Positions 41,310 to 55,590 of a DNA stretch of 64,000 nt are shown here, piece by piece. The position numbers and the translations under genes are program-made. The notes under the pieces were generated by a model, which ran no database searches, was not told the DNA's origin, and was given only the letters and a program-made list of their open reading frames with translations. Within the stretch, counting starts at the first letter, position 1, and each line of letters opens with the position of its first letter. Source of the stretch: Eledone cirrhosa (taxonomy: Eukaryota); the NCBI GenBank assembly GCA_964016885.1, contig OZ024740.1, positions 136,276,001-136,340,000 on the forward strand. The letters run 5' to 3'.

Positions 41310-42854
41310 TTTATATGACCAAATATTAATATGGTTCGTTGATTACTCAATGAATACAATTTTACAATAGATTAAAGGCACTCAACAGAAAAGTTCTCCT
41401 GGAGTTTTTAATATTATTCAAAATATTAACAAATTAAAGATATTCACATAATCAAAATATATGCTTTATTATATATATTTCAAAGGTACTGTGTTTTTTT
41501 TTTCAGTACGTCCTCATCAGATAAAATATATGATTTGATATATGACATACCGCTACGGTCTTGATTATACAATTCCAGTATTGGCAGTGATTTATTTCAT
41601 CAAATCTCAATGTTCATATACCACAAATAATATGATAAACAAGGCAAATAAATACATACATAAATAAATAAATGAATAAAAAAATAATAAATAAAAGGAT
41701 GAATGAGTGAAAGAAATATATAAAAAAGAAAAGAGGAATAACGACAAAAGAGGGAAGGTGTGGGGAAAGTAAAAAGAACAGAGGGGGGTAAAGAAAAATA
41801 AAGAAAAATAAAGGAACATCAAATAGAGAGGGATAGAGAAAAAAACCGTTGTTTTTAAATGCTAGATCAAATAGGACATCCAATCAATTCACATAAACAA
41901 TTGAATATCTTTAGTATTTGATTATGCATTAGCTAATTATACTTATATATTATATCAAAATTAATCGGTATACATTATTTTCTATAGAAATCACTTATAT
42001 AGTTTAATTAAAAATTTATATAATTTAATTTGCCTCATTATAGATTTTTATTTTTAATTTTAAGGTAAGATATTCTATAAATGTTTAGTTATAACTTTAA
42101 AAGAATTATCTTTAAAACGTATTTAAATAATTATTAAATATGTATTAAAATCTAATTGCATTCTTAACACTTTTAGGATGATTAGAATAAAAACTAACAT
42201 AATTTAAGTTCTCATTGAGTTTATGGAAAGGATAATAAAGGCCAGAGTTCAAATTAAGAGTCTCATCTAAAAAATTAACTATTTTATTATTATTTTCTAC
42301 TTCTAATTTCAGGTCGTAATTTAAAAAAAAATTCTATAATTACTTTCTTTACACTATTTAATTCGCTATTAATATGTTTTTCTACAATAAATAGTATGTC
42401 GTCTCTATATAAACCACCGGTAATCTCCGGCAGTTTTCTATTTATCATGTTAAGGATAAAAATTCCCACAAGATCCGTAACTTGCGCCGAATCAGACGAA
42501 CCCATAGTAATGTCAAAATTCTTCTCTCTATTCGATCTAGTCCAAAGATCATTATTAAAATCAATCAAAGTTCGCCTTGCTGTTAATATAATATTTATCT
42601 CATCACTAGATAGGTCCGTATGTTTATATGCATATGATAGCGCCTTATTTAATAGATTAGGAGTTATTGAAGAATAATAACTCGCTATATCCATTTGAAT
42701 GGACTTATAATTATTTTTATTTTTGATATTATTGAACCAATCTATGACTTCACTAGTGCCTTTCCATAGATTTAGCCATGACCTCAATTTAAGTGTTGGT
42801 AAAATCCTATCTATTATATTTTTACTAATTATACCAAGATCTGATATTATTTTG

Positions 42855-42860
<6 letters not shown>
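41310..42860 (-). mobile_element. Decayed AT-rich Naiad-type PLE (RT fragment, 3'UTR, pLTR)
   Basis: SDLGIISK..VIDWF..MDIASYY..MGSSDSAQ..LYRDD..VNFLD..SNHP. Confidence 0.82.
41464..41526 (-). ncRNA. Hammerhead ribozyme
   Basis: TTTTAT CTGATGA GGAc GTACTG-(A-rich loop)-CAGTAC cTTT GAAA TATATA TA ATAAAG. Confidence 0.75.
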
Positions 42861-42905
<45 letters not shown>

Positions 42906-43233
42906 TATTTATATATAGAGATTTATATATATATACAATTATATACAATTATTTATATATATATATATATATACAATTATTTATATATATAGATTTATAT
43001 ATATATATACAATTATATACAATTATTTATATATATATATTCATTAGTTAAGCAAAACAAGACCACATATTTCACAAGGAAGACATTATTGCACATTGAG
43101 CACATGCCTTTACGCTTTGGTTTCTAACTAATTCACCAATTTCTCCTCTCCTATCTCCATCTCTCTCTTTAAGATTGGTTACTCTTCAACTGTGTGTGTA
43201 TATATATATATATACAATTATTTATATATAGAG

Positions 43234-43294
<61 letters not shown>

Positions 43295-43599
43295 TATTTA
43301 TATATATAGATTTATATATATATATATATATATACAATTATTTATATATATATACAATTATTTATATACATATATATCTAGATTTATATACATATATATA
43401 GATAGATTTATATACATATATATACAATTATTTATATATATATACAATTATTTATATATATATATACACAGAGATATCCACTGTAAGTTGTGGGATCTAT
43501 TCTGTATGAAGAACTCGATGTAATCCATATGTTGAAAATGTAGGTTAAGATAAATCTCAGAAAACAATAAAACATTAAAAGGAAAACAGAGTCATGATA

Positions 43600-43949
43600 T
43601 AAGTTAAAACAATGAAATAAAAAATCAAGTCATTAGAGATATACTTCACTGCTTTACGATCGTTTCTAGATGGTGATAATACATTGTATCTATACTCAGT
43701 TATTGATCTATGTAAGTTTACAAACTATGAGATAGAGAGAATATTTACTTACATGCATATCACCAACTGTTTTCAAAACAGCTGGTGATATGCATGTAAG
43801 TAAATATTCTTTCTATTTGATAGTTTGTAAACTTACATAGATCAATAACTGAGTATAGATACAATGTATTATCACCATCTAGAAACGATCGTAGAGCAGT
43901 GAAGTATATCTCTAATGACTTGATTTTTTTATTTCATTGTTTTAACTTT
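43600..43949. repeat. ~350-bp palindrome (centre 43774) carrying two HHR 3' halves
   Basis: Arms are reverse complements with a few mismatches; each has TGGTGATA..TATCACCA tcta GAAA CGATCG TA. Confidence 0.9.
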
Positions 43950-44610
<661 letters not shown>

Positions 44611-44612
<2 letters not shown>

Positions 44613-45365
44613 TAAGGAATTTATATCTAGTAACATTTATATACACACAGATGCATATCAATGCTAGCAAATATATAGGTTTTGTCTTATTAACAATGTG
44701 GTTCAATGCATGGGGTTGCAGAACAATAATATGAGAAACGTAAAATAAGAAAATTATAAAATTAACTTACTTACTAAAAAATCACTTCCAACTAATTAGT
44801 TTCTGGAATGGAGTAAATATATTTTCCGAAGAAACTTATAGAAAATCATTCCGTCATCAGGAAAGTCTTTTTCCGTATAGGTCTCCAGGCATAGCGAGGA
44901 CACTGGAAACTTATTAAAAAAATAATTCAGTGGAATGGAAATAGCGATGCGTGGACTGGATTCCAAGCCATTGAGAAAATCACTGCCTCCACGTCCGTGG
45001 CAAATTCAAAAAGAATCAATCACGTGACATCGAGGTCAATCAGTGGAAAGCGAGTGGTTATTAAGACAGCGGCCAGCTTACTACCATAGTAGCAGTCATG
45101 GCCAAATATTGCTCGACAAATGAATTGGAGATAATTATAAGGAATTTATATCTAGTAACATTTATATACACACAGATGCATATCAATGCTAGAAAATATA
45201 TAGGTTTTGTCTTATTAACAATGTGGTTCAATGCATGGGGTTGCAGAACAATAATATGAGAGACGTAAAATAAGAAAATTATAAAATTAACTTACTTACT
45301 AAAAAATCACTTCCAACTCCGTCTCTCATATTATTGTTCTGCAACCCCATGCATTGAACCACATT
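44611..45365 (-). mobile_element. Retrozyme/mini-PLE-like cassette: 525-bp monomer, 183-bp terminal redundancy, 46-bp 5' inversion
   Basis: 44611-44793 repeats at 45136-45318; 45320-45365 is the reverse complement of 45220-45265. Confidence 0.8.
44784..44866 (-). ncRNA. Hammerhead ribozyme with branched stem II
   Basis: ACTTTC CTGATGA cGGAATG-(ATTTTC..GAAAAT hairpin)-CATTCCa GAAA CTAATTAG TT GGAAGT. Confidence 0.78.
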
Positions 45366-48300
45366 TTTTCTAGGGCGGGTAAAATTCCCGAGATCCATGG
45401 ACGAGTTCTCTCCAGCGGTCTCTGTCCCTCATTATCGCTGCCATATCCTGCATCTCCAACAGACCAGTGTCTGTCCTTAGGGCATCAACATATGTTAACC
45501 TTGGTCTTCCTCTTCTAGTGTGTCCATGTAGGGGCTCCCAAAGGAGCACTGAGTGCAATGTCAACTCTGGATGTCGGTGAGCATGTCCAGCCAACCTCAG
45601 TCTCCTCTGTGTCACTTTTGAGCTGACTTTTGGGATGCTCCCATACAGCTCTGAGTTTTTCATCCTCAGTGTATACTGATTAATGTTCAGAGCCATCCTC
45701 AGCATTCTCGTGTAGCACCCATCCACCATCTGAGTGAGTCTCTTGGTCAGTGTCCAAGTCTCAGACCCACACAGCAGCACAGACTCCACTACAGCAATGA
45801 AGAGGCGGATTTTCAGGTCTCTATAAAAGGTCCGACTTCCACACCGATCTCAAGCTGTGACACGCCGCCCAGGCCTTGCTCTTCCTCCCAACCACATCAT
45901 CTTCCGTATTCCCAATCTTTGCTCCCAAATACAGGAAGTCCTCAACCAATTCCAGCGGCTTCCCGCCTACATTAGTGATCCCCTCTGGCTTCTCAACATT
46001 CTCCACCAGATATTTTGTTTTAGTCTCATTCATTCTCAGCCCCACACTCATCGACACAGTCTCAACCTCCCGCATCAAATCCTCTGCCTCCTTCACTGTA
46101 TTTGTCACCAAAACTATGTCGTCGGCAAATTCAGCATCCGATACCTTTTTCGCCCCAACTCTCCTGCTCTGAGCCGGTGCTACAGTAAATCCAGTGTCCT
46201 GGTATTTCTCCAGTGCAAGGCGCATACAATAGTCCACTACGATGATAAAAAGGTAGGGAGCCAATGTATCTCCCTGGAGCACTCCAGCCAGTATCTCAAA
46301 GAACTCTGTCATCCCATCAGGTGTAATGACTTGGGCTTTGGTGTTGGTGTAGAGCAGTGATATCAGGTCCACTATCCTCTTGGGGATTCCATAAGCCTGT
46401 AAGATCTTCATCAGGCAGTAACGGTCCACAGAATCAAAGGCCTTCCTAAAGTCAATGAAAACCATGACCGCAGGAAGGCACTTTGCTCTAGCTCCCTCTA
46501 ATATCCTCCTCAGCATCAGGATGTGACTGGTGGTTGATCTACCCTCTCTGAAGCCGTTCTGGTTGTCCCTGAGCTTCTTCTCCATCTCAGGCTGGATCCT
46601 GTTAAGAATCATCCTGTTGAGGGTCTTTGCCACAAGTGACGTCAGTGAGATCCCCCGGTAGTTGTTGGTGTTAGAGAGATCTCCCTTCTTTGGCACTGGG
46701 ACGATGTTACTGATCCTCCACTGATTCGGGGCAACTCCTTTCTCCAGTGCCCCGTTACAGAACCCCAGGATGATATCATCAAAATCACACCTCTTCATCA
46801 CCTCTGATGCCACTCTATCCTCTCCATGAGCCTTGCCCTCCTTGATCTTCTTCTTGGCTCTCTGAAGCTCCTCTCTGGTGAAGGGCTCTGTCTCAACATC
46901 CAGTTCCTCAAACAGCCGCCTGATCTCCCCACTGCTCTGGGCTGTGGAGGGTGGCTCTCCTAGTAGGGTCCTAAAATGGTCTAGCCATTTCCTCTTCCTA
47001 TCCTCGGGCCCCGTTCCCTGGATCTGACTCGAACACCTTTTCTTCCTCCCTGTGATCTCGTTGATGATCATCCAGCTATCCTTACATCCAGATCTGTCAA
47101 CCGCTCTATCCACACTTCTGATCTTCTCTATCAGTGCCTCCTCTCTGACCTCAGTGTAAGCGGTACAGAGCTCTTCCCTCATCACCTCCACAGTCTCCAT
47201 CCTCTCCTCCGTAGGATCAGCATAGAATTGGTCCCTGGCAGCTTTCAGGTGTTCTCTGGCTGCACACACTTTTGGGTTTGCAGAGCTGACGTGCTTCCCT
47301 TTGTTCTTTTTCCTCGGCACCAGGGTTTCACTTGCTTTCGCCACTGCATTGGTGAAGTGCCCGTACCTCCTCGTCACACTCTCCTCAGTCCATCCAATCT
47401 CTCTCTCCTCTGACTCTCCACACAGAGCACTAAACCTGTTTCTCACTTCCACTGTGAACCTCTCCTGTAGCTTATCATCTTCCTTGAAAGCTCCCCAGTC
47501 ATAGATTGTTCTCCGGGGCTGAGCCTTGCTCTTTCTTAAGCTCACGCGGACCTCACTCATAACAAGCCGGTGGTCACTACCCAGTGTACTGAAATAGCTG
47601 TATGGTTCCGTGTTCAGAACACTATTCCGCCACTTTTTCCTCACCAGAATGAAATCAATCTGGGACTTGGACAGGTGCATATCTGAGATGTAGGTCCACA
47701 TCTTCCCCAGATTCTTCCTAAACCTTAGGTTGGTTGCCATCAAGTTCGCCTCCAGCAGGGTGTCTCTCAGTAGTCTTCCATTTCGGTTGGTGTTGTTATG
47801 GAAGTACCAGCAAGGATCTTCACTGCCCTCCTTACTCAGATGTGCACTGAAGTCCCCCAAAACAAGCAGGATATTGTGTGCCTGAGTGGTGTTGACAGCC
47901 CCACACACCTCCTCATGGAACTCCTCGGCATTCACATCACTGTCCCCCTCGGTTGGACTATAGGCTGAGATGACTGTCAGTCTTGGGTTTCCATTGAAGG
48001 TCACCCTCAACACTCGCGGGGAGATAGGCATTATTTCCCTCACCAACAGATTGGTTTTTGCACTGAACACAAAACCCACTCCTCCTACTGCAGCATTTGT
48101 TGTGTTCTTCACTGCCGATGTAGTGATGAGCTGGCTCTTCCTCCCGATCATCACACTCCTCACGGGCTCATCGTGTAGAATCCTGTGTTCTTGGATCGCA
48201 AGTATCTGTATACCACTCTCCTCGAACAGATGTCCCAACTCCTCTCTCTTCTCCAGCGTTCGAATAGTCCTCACATTCAAAGTGCCCATTTTGATGGCTC

Positions 48301-48680
48301 TTCTGCAGGACAAAACTGCATTCTTTATATTTGTCTCAGAGACAGCTGATCCATAATCCACTGGCCCTCTCTGTGGCTCTAAGCCAGCAGAGTCATAACG
48401 ACCAGGCTGCTCCTTGACAGTGTAATTAGGGGCTCTAACCCTAGTGCTGTTAGATCGACTCTCCATATTTCTTTTCAATGGCTGACAATACCTTACCGGC
48501 GCCACTCGAATAAGGTAGTTATTTAACCCATAAATGGAGCCCTAACAGGTACTACCACCCCGGGCCAGGGCAGACCTGGGAGTCATGACAACTAAGGGGT
48601 AACTCCACATTCCCCACATCTCCTGAACTCCCGAACTGGAGCCTTGCCACTGGATGTAGTTTAATGTCATACCCAGGACA
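45366..48680 (-). mobile_element. Full-length RTE-clade LINE with Ceph-domain-like 5'UTR
   Basis: Single APE-RT ORF; 5'UTR has gggtatgacattaaactacatcc...actcccaggtctgccctggcccggggtggtagtacctgttagggctccatttatgggttaaata. Confidence 0.93.
45370..48466 (-). pseudogene. RTE APE-RT polyprotein with a single +1 frameshift near 45825
   Basis: LNVRT, IQEHR, GDF, QIDF, SDH, NYRGISL, DFRKAFD, GVLQGD, FADD, FLYLG, RRLRLAGH, RGRPR. Confidence 0.92.
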
Positions 48681-48700
48681 TACATATATATATATATATA

Positions 48701-48736
<36 letters not shown>

Positions 48737-48741
48737 CATAC

Positions 48742-48775
<34 letters not shown>

Positions 48776-48806
48776 ACATACATACATACATACATACATA
48801 CATACA

Positions 48807-48842
<36 letters not shown>

Positions 48843-49679
48843 CATACATACATATGTATATATATATATACATACATACATATGTATATATATATACATA
48901 CATACATACATATATATATACACATACATACATATATATATACACATACATACATACATATATATATATACACATACATACATATATATATATACACATA
49001 CATACATATATATATATACACATACATACATACATATATATACACATACATACATACATATATATATATACACATACATACATACATATATATATATACA
49101 CATACATACATACATATATATATATATACATACATACATACATATATATATATATACATACATACATACATATATATATATATACATACATACATACATA
49201 TATATATATATACATACATACATATGCATATATATACATACATACATACATATGTATATATATACATACATACATACATATGTACATTTATATATATACA
49301 TACATACATATGTATATTTATATATATACATACATACATACGTATATTTATATATATATACATACATATATATGCATATACATACATACATACATTACAT
49401 ACATATATATGCATATACATACATATACATACATACATACATACATACATACATACATACATACATACATACATACATACATACATACATACATACATAC
49501 ATACATACATACATACATACATTGTATATATATATATATATACAATTATTTATATATATATATATATATACACAAATATATATATATATATATATATGTA
49601 TACAATTATTTATATATATATGTATACAATTATTTATATATATATATATATACAATTATTTATATACATATATATACAA

Positions 49680-49710
<31 letters not shown>

Positions 49711-49761
49711 CAATTTGTTATATATATATATATATAATTATTCATATATATATATATATAA

Positions 49762-49798
<37 letters not shown>

Positions 49799-49920
49799 TA
49801 TTTATATATACAATTATTTATATATATATATATATATATACAATTATTTATATATATATATATATATATACATTTACAAATATTTATATATATATATACA
49901 ATTATTTATATATACATATA
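48680..49920. repeat. (CATA)n/(TA)n compound microsatellite array
   Basis: Read directly. Confidence 0.95.
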
Positions 49921-49921
49921 C

Positions 49922-50288
49922 TAGAATTGGTCTCTGAAATAGCGATATATATATGAATCTATATATAGTGTATTTTGCAATACACTCTATGCTTAATTAA
50001 AAGAATTTCGAAGACCTTACGCTATTGCTTTAGAGTAGTGACAGTCTCCCTTACTTTAATTTTCAGCAAACAGGGGAGATAAAGCTGACAGAGCTCTGTT
50101 TCGCACTTTTTGGTGCTTATCAAAGCTAAGTACTCCGCCTGTTTGCTGAAAATCATGAATGTTTGGTTCTTATAGAATTCTAGTAATAATCAGGAACTGA
50201 TTATACAGAGCGGTTGCCGGTCAAGCAGAACATTAGAATTGGTGCTCTGAAATGCCGATATATATATGAATCAGTTCCTGATTATTAC
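49922..50288 (-). mobile_element. Retrozyme-like cassette: ~312-bp monomer, ~38-bp terminal direct repeats, 20-bp inversion
   Basis: tagaattgg..ctctgaaat..cgatatatatatgaatc at 49922 and 50234; 50269-50288 is the reverse complement of 50183-50202. Confidence 0.7.
50059..50153 (-). ncRNA. Hammerhead ribozyme with compensatory U3-A8 core and long extended stem I
   Basis: ATTTTCAGCAAACAGG cGGAG tactt AGCT TTGATAA GCAC caaaaa GTGC GAAA CAGAGCTCTG TC AGCT ttat CTCC CCTGTTTGCTGAAAAT. Confidence 0.85.
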
Positions 50289-50478
50289 GAGAGACCCGTT
50301 AGGTTGAGATACAATTGGGCGATGTTGGGCTGCGCTTTCTAGCAACAAGCCTACCCGCCGTAAGCAACTAATCACATTCTTTCTAACTTGACCACTACCA
50401 CGTCACGATTCTTAGCCATTTTTTAATCTATTTTTGGCGTGATCACTTTGGAAAATTAAATGTCTAATTTAGAGTTCG

Positions 50479-50552
50479 CTCCTGATGAGTCCGAAACTCT
50501 GGACATATCCTGTTATTGGATGTCTAAAAATACGGACGAAACCATGGTAGAG
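50479..50552 (+). ncRNA. Hammerhead ribozyme with extended stem II
   Basis: CTC CTGATGA GTCCG-(gacatatcc..ggatgtc hairpin)-CGGAC GAAA CCATGG TA GAG. Confidence 0.82.
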
Positions 50553-50888
50553 ATATAATTACGGTATGTACACATTTCTTCTAAGTTTGAATTTACACCT
50601 AATTGTGTATGGTTGACGGTATATTTAGTCAGTTTCCACATGCTGTTGAAATGTTGGATAAGTACTCTATCGGGGCCACCGCGAAGAAACCGCTTTCGGT
50701 TATTTGTCGAAAATTTCTTCATAGGAGCCTTTATTCTTATAGCTTGTTCTAATTGATTTTTTTATATGGTTAATTATGCTAATTGGGAGAAGAAATGGTA
50801 TATATTTTATCTAGTGATTCTAAGGACATGATTATAATTCTATATATATATATATATATTTATATAAATCTCTATATATATATAAATA

Positions 50889-50933
<45 letters not shown>

Positions 50934-51155
50934 TTGTATATATATAAATAATTGGGAAGAGATATATTAGATATGTCTCATATGAACTAATACAGCCAAT
51001 TTTCTACACAATACATTTAGTTAGCACCCCGAACGCATAATTAGGAAATACTCACTTATTTCCTAATGTTTGTTGAGTGAGTTGGAATTTGGCCGGAGTA
51101 TCGCTAAAAAGCTTTCTCCGATAATGTATTTATTTATTCATATATATATATACAA

Positions 51156-51202
<47 letters not shown>

Positions 51203-51205
<3 letters not shown>

Positions 51206-52110
51206 CTTTGGTAGGTTTCGGCCAGTATTGGCCCAGGCCATATCTAACTTAATAGCACCACCTGACGAAGTCTAACAAATCAGTGTTTGGGCACCATGGC
51301 CCACTCGAGCAGAGAGTTATTGTTTACGGGGGCTTATACGGATGTAGGAGGCTTATCCGGGATTTCTTAAAGGAATTCATCCAATGACTTCTTGAACTTG
51401 ATGGGTTCTGTCTCTGCTTTGATGTGTTTTGGTGTAATGTTAAAGAGTGCAGGGCCAATTGAGGTGAAATAATTATGCCGTATTGTTGTTATGTGATGCG
51501 AGTGAGATTTTTGTCGTGGGCGGATAGCACGGGGCCAAGCTTTGGGTGTACACTAAAGGTGATGCCAACATCATTTGGGAAAAGCTGATGGAATATTTTC
51601 CACATCATACAGATAATGTAGCGCTCACGGCGACGTTGAAGAGAATAAAGTTTGAGCTTTTCTAATCGACCCCAATAGTCAAGGCCTGTCATGCCAACTA
51701 TCTTTTTTGTAATTGACCTTTGGTGTGCTTCAACTTTCATGATACTTTGTTTCGTGTGGGGCGACCACAGTGGACAACAGTATTCAAGGTGGGGGCGGGA
51801 AAAGGGGGAGAAGAGAAGGACAACAGTGTGGATATTTCTCGACTGGAAAGTTCTGAGAATCCAGGAACACATTCTGCGGGCCACATCAACTTTGCTGTTT
51901 ATGTGAGTGGCCCAGCTTATGTTGTTGTCCACAATTACTCCCAGGTCTTTGATGTTATTGGAAGCCACTAGAGTTTCACCTGAAGGAAGAGAGTATGGTA
52001 GTTTCAAGGCATCCTTTTTCCAAACTGGATTAGTTCAAATTTATCCTCATTCAACAGCATATTATTCATCTCTGCCCATTGGATAACAGCCAGTAGGTCT
52101 GACTGAAGGC
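51203..52110 (-). mobile_element. 5'-truncated copy of the CR1-group LINE
   Basis: Highly similar to 27195-28105; 3' end abuts (TA)n. Confidence 0.92.
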
Positions 52111-54980
52111 AAATAGAGTAGATAATAACAATGAGCCAGAGGAAAGAGACAAAAGTAATAATGAGAGACATAGAAACAACCATGAAATAGAAACAACACA
52201 ACTAACAATAACAATAGCAATAGTACACATAAAGCAGCAGCATGGAATTCTACTTTTTATAAGCCTTCCGATATGTCCTTCGACGAGTCCACGCCACGAC
52301 TTTAGCTTTTAACAAACGCACGCAATTGCCATCGCAGGTCGATGAAAAAACAGAAGCACAATTAAGTATAGCTAGATCTAAACTTAGAAATATTATAGAA
52401 CAGTATAGCAAGAAGCAAAATAGAATGGAGGCCCAGCAACTGGGAGAAAAATCTCAAAATGGCTTGCGTAAGATCATGCATGCTTTCCAACAGACAAGTC
52501 TGGCAGAAAGTCGGTTGACAGTCTGTCAAACTACATCCAGCCAATACAACCCCCACATCACTAACACAAAAGAAGTAACACCACAAGAGCATGAGGATAG
52601 GGAGAAAACCCCCAATGCCCATATGATGATGTGGACAAACATAATGCAGCCCAATAAAAGGACTGCCAACAACTTCCAGGCCTGGAACAATGACGTGCCA
52701 GTATTGTATGGGCTTCGAAAAGACCATAAGACGAACAGTGACCCAGTCACAGGACCACCAACACAGCCAGTCTGTGGAGCTAACATTGCTAGTAACTACA
52801 GACTTTCCTACTTCCTTTCCCTGATCATACGCCCCATCATTGAAATGTCCCCCGATATATGTGACAGCACGGAGGACCTCCTCAGCCGAATCAGCGAAAA
52901 TAACCGATTTACGGACCTAACAGACTGTATAATAGGTAGTATGGGTGTTGTGTCCCTATATCAATCCATTGACGTGAATTTTGCTGTGGAGAAATGCGTA
53001 GAAATGATCAGTGAGAGCAATGTTGAATTCCGTGGGATTGATACCAGTGAGCTGGGACTGCTACTTAAACTTACCTATAGTAATGATCATCTAGATACGT
53101 ATGACCTTAGCAACCTGTGCCCTACAAGACTAGTAAGAGGCAGACCACCTACCATTACCTCAATGGCCAAGAAAACCCACACAGAAAGATGGAACGGGTG
53201 GACCAGAGCCATACGGGCCCCCGAAAACCACGATTAACTAAAGAAAATGTTTGCACATGCGGTTGGGGGGGGGGGGGCAGTATAAAACTAACCCTTAAGG
53301 AACATATGTTCAAATTTAATGGAAAAACATATGCCCAAGAGGAGGGAGCAGCCATTGGTGTTAGCATTGCAGGTGACATAGCTAACCTATTCATGGTATG
53401 GTGGGACAATAAACTTAAACTTAAAGAACAATTAGAAGACAGCAACCTCTTAACCCTGATAATGTACTCCCGCTACGTTGATGATATAAACATCGTAGTA
53501 AAAACACCTCACTAGAGAACAGTCAGGAATTAGAGAAAAACACCATGGAAAGCATCCAGCAAATAGCAAACTCCATCCACCAGAGTATTAGAGTTACTAT
53601 AGACTACCCAAGCAAATACCCCAACCATCGATTACCTGTACTAGACACAGAGCTTTGGTTAGAAACCATTAATAACAAAAAACAAATCCTCCATTCCCAT
53701 TATGCCAAACCCATGACTTCCAAATATCTGATCCACCGAAACTCAGCTGTTTCGGATCACACCAAAATCAACATACTGATTGCGGATTTGGTACGGGTGA
53801 TGAGAAACGTGTCCCGCGTGTGCAACCCCAAAGAACTAGAGAGACACATACAACACTTCATCCACCGTATGCAGTTCTCTGGTTACAATCAGAGATAAAA
53901 TCAGAGTATATAGAGGTGCCAGAACCAAATGGGAAAAAATGATAAATAATGATACAAATGGGACCTGCCCCTTGTATAGGAGCAAATTTTGGAATAGAAT
54001 AGAAAGAACTAGGAATAAGGTTAATAGAATAAACTCATGGTATGATAGCAATAAATACCAGAGTGTAATGTTCATCAATACAACCCCTAGAGGTGAATTA
54101 GCTTACAAATTTAGAAGGGCCCTAGATAAACTTAAACTTAATATTAAGATTGTAGAAAGACCAGGTACCTCCATAAAAACACTTAGTAATACATACCCTT
54201 TTCAAAGACCTCCCTGTATAGATAAGAAATACATAATCTGTAAACTAAGCCCCCATATTAACTGTAAAACTAGAAACATAGTATATAGCAAAAGATGTAC
54301 TGAAGGATAATGTAAAGATAAGAATATAGTGTACATAGGTGAGACAGCTCACAGTATAGGAGAACGATTAAATGAACACTGGCGAGAGCTTCAAGATAAA
54401 AAAGAATCATCAACACTCCACCAACATGCTAAAATAGAACATATGGGCAAATTAGAGAACATAGAAATAAAAATAGAATTTACACACAGAAAAGACGCAA
54501 TGTTTAGACAAATCACAGAGGCAATAAACATAAATGAACTCCAACCAAAATTAAATAGAAAACATGAATGGAATAGCAACATCACAACTTACAATTAAGG
54601 ACAAAATGAAAACACACACACACAGAACAAACAACCAATCAGTAACATGTAAATAAACAAATAAATAAATAAACAAATAAAAACACAGACACCCAGATGT
54701 AACATGCGCAAACTAAGCACAACGCACACAAAAACAAGATGGCGTGGAACAGAACAAAGGAAAGGCACAAAACAAAGAAAAGAATCCCAGTCACTGAAGA
54801 GGTCTCAGAATGTGTGACGAAAGAACTTTGACAATATATGAACAACCGTCCGGTTGTGGAACCAACCGGAAATTTATAAATTCTTAAATTTATAAATTTA
54901 ATTTATAATAAGTTGGAGTGAAAGCAACTGGTGCGTGTGTTTCTTATTGGAAACATGACCCTCCCAAAGTATAACAATAT
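52110..54980 (+). mobile_element. Penelope-like element family D (RT, Cys linker, GIY-YIG, 3' pLTR), decayed
   Basis: LYGLRKDHK, STEDLL, SLY.SI, QEEGAAIG, RYVDD, LPVLD, NC..RNIVY...YIGET..R..EH; ends in gaccctcccaaagtataacaat. Confidence 0.9.
54790..54832 (+). ncRNA. Minimal hammerhead ribozyme, family D
   Basis: GTCA CTGAAGA gGTCtCagaatgtGTGAC GAAA GAAC TT TGAC. Confidence 0.75.
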
Positions 54981-55129
54981 CGGTTTCAACACGTTTTCAG
55001 ATAAAGAATCTTGCTAAACAAATTCAGAAACGAAATATATCTATATATATATATATATATCCTTCGAATGCTCAGCGGGTATGGTAGATAGTTTCTGTTA
55101 ACTGGGTGATCAAATGACCAAATGAGTTA

Positions 55130-55590
55130 CTACCGCCACTAACTACAAAAGGTTTTTCCCCTCAAAATGAAAGGCAGACTGTATGATGCATGTATACAAA
55201 CAACAATGTTGCACAGCAGCGAGACCTGAGCACTGCGTACAGAGGACCTACGAAAATTGGAAAGAAATGAAACCTCCATGCTTCGATGGATATGCAATAG
55301 TAATATACGCGAACGGCGAAACAAACGAACTGCGAGAAAAATTAGACATAAGAGAGATCAGATGTTGCGTGTAGGAGAGGAGGTTGCGTTGATATGGACA
55401 TGTGATGCGTATGAAGGATGACAGCTGTATAAAAAGGTGCAGAGCGCTCAAAGTTGATGGAAGCTATAGAGTGTGCTGGCCTCAGAAGATTTGGGATGGG
55501 GCAATAAAAGATGACTTTTCACAATTACACCTCGCTAAAACGATGACCAGGACCGTGATCTCTGGCGCTATGCAGTAATCTACAAGACCC
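55130..55590 (+). mobile_element. Decayed RTE LINE 3' fragment
   Basis: KGRLYDAC..ET*AL..MLRW.C..RRLR*YGHVMRM. Confidence 0.65.
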
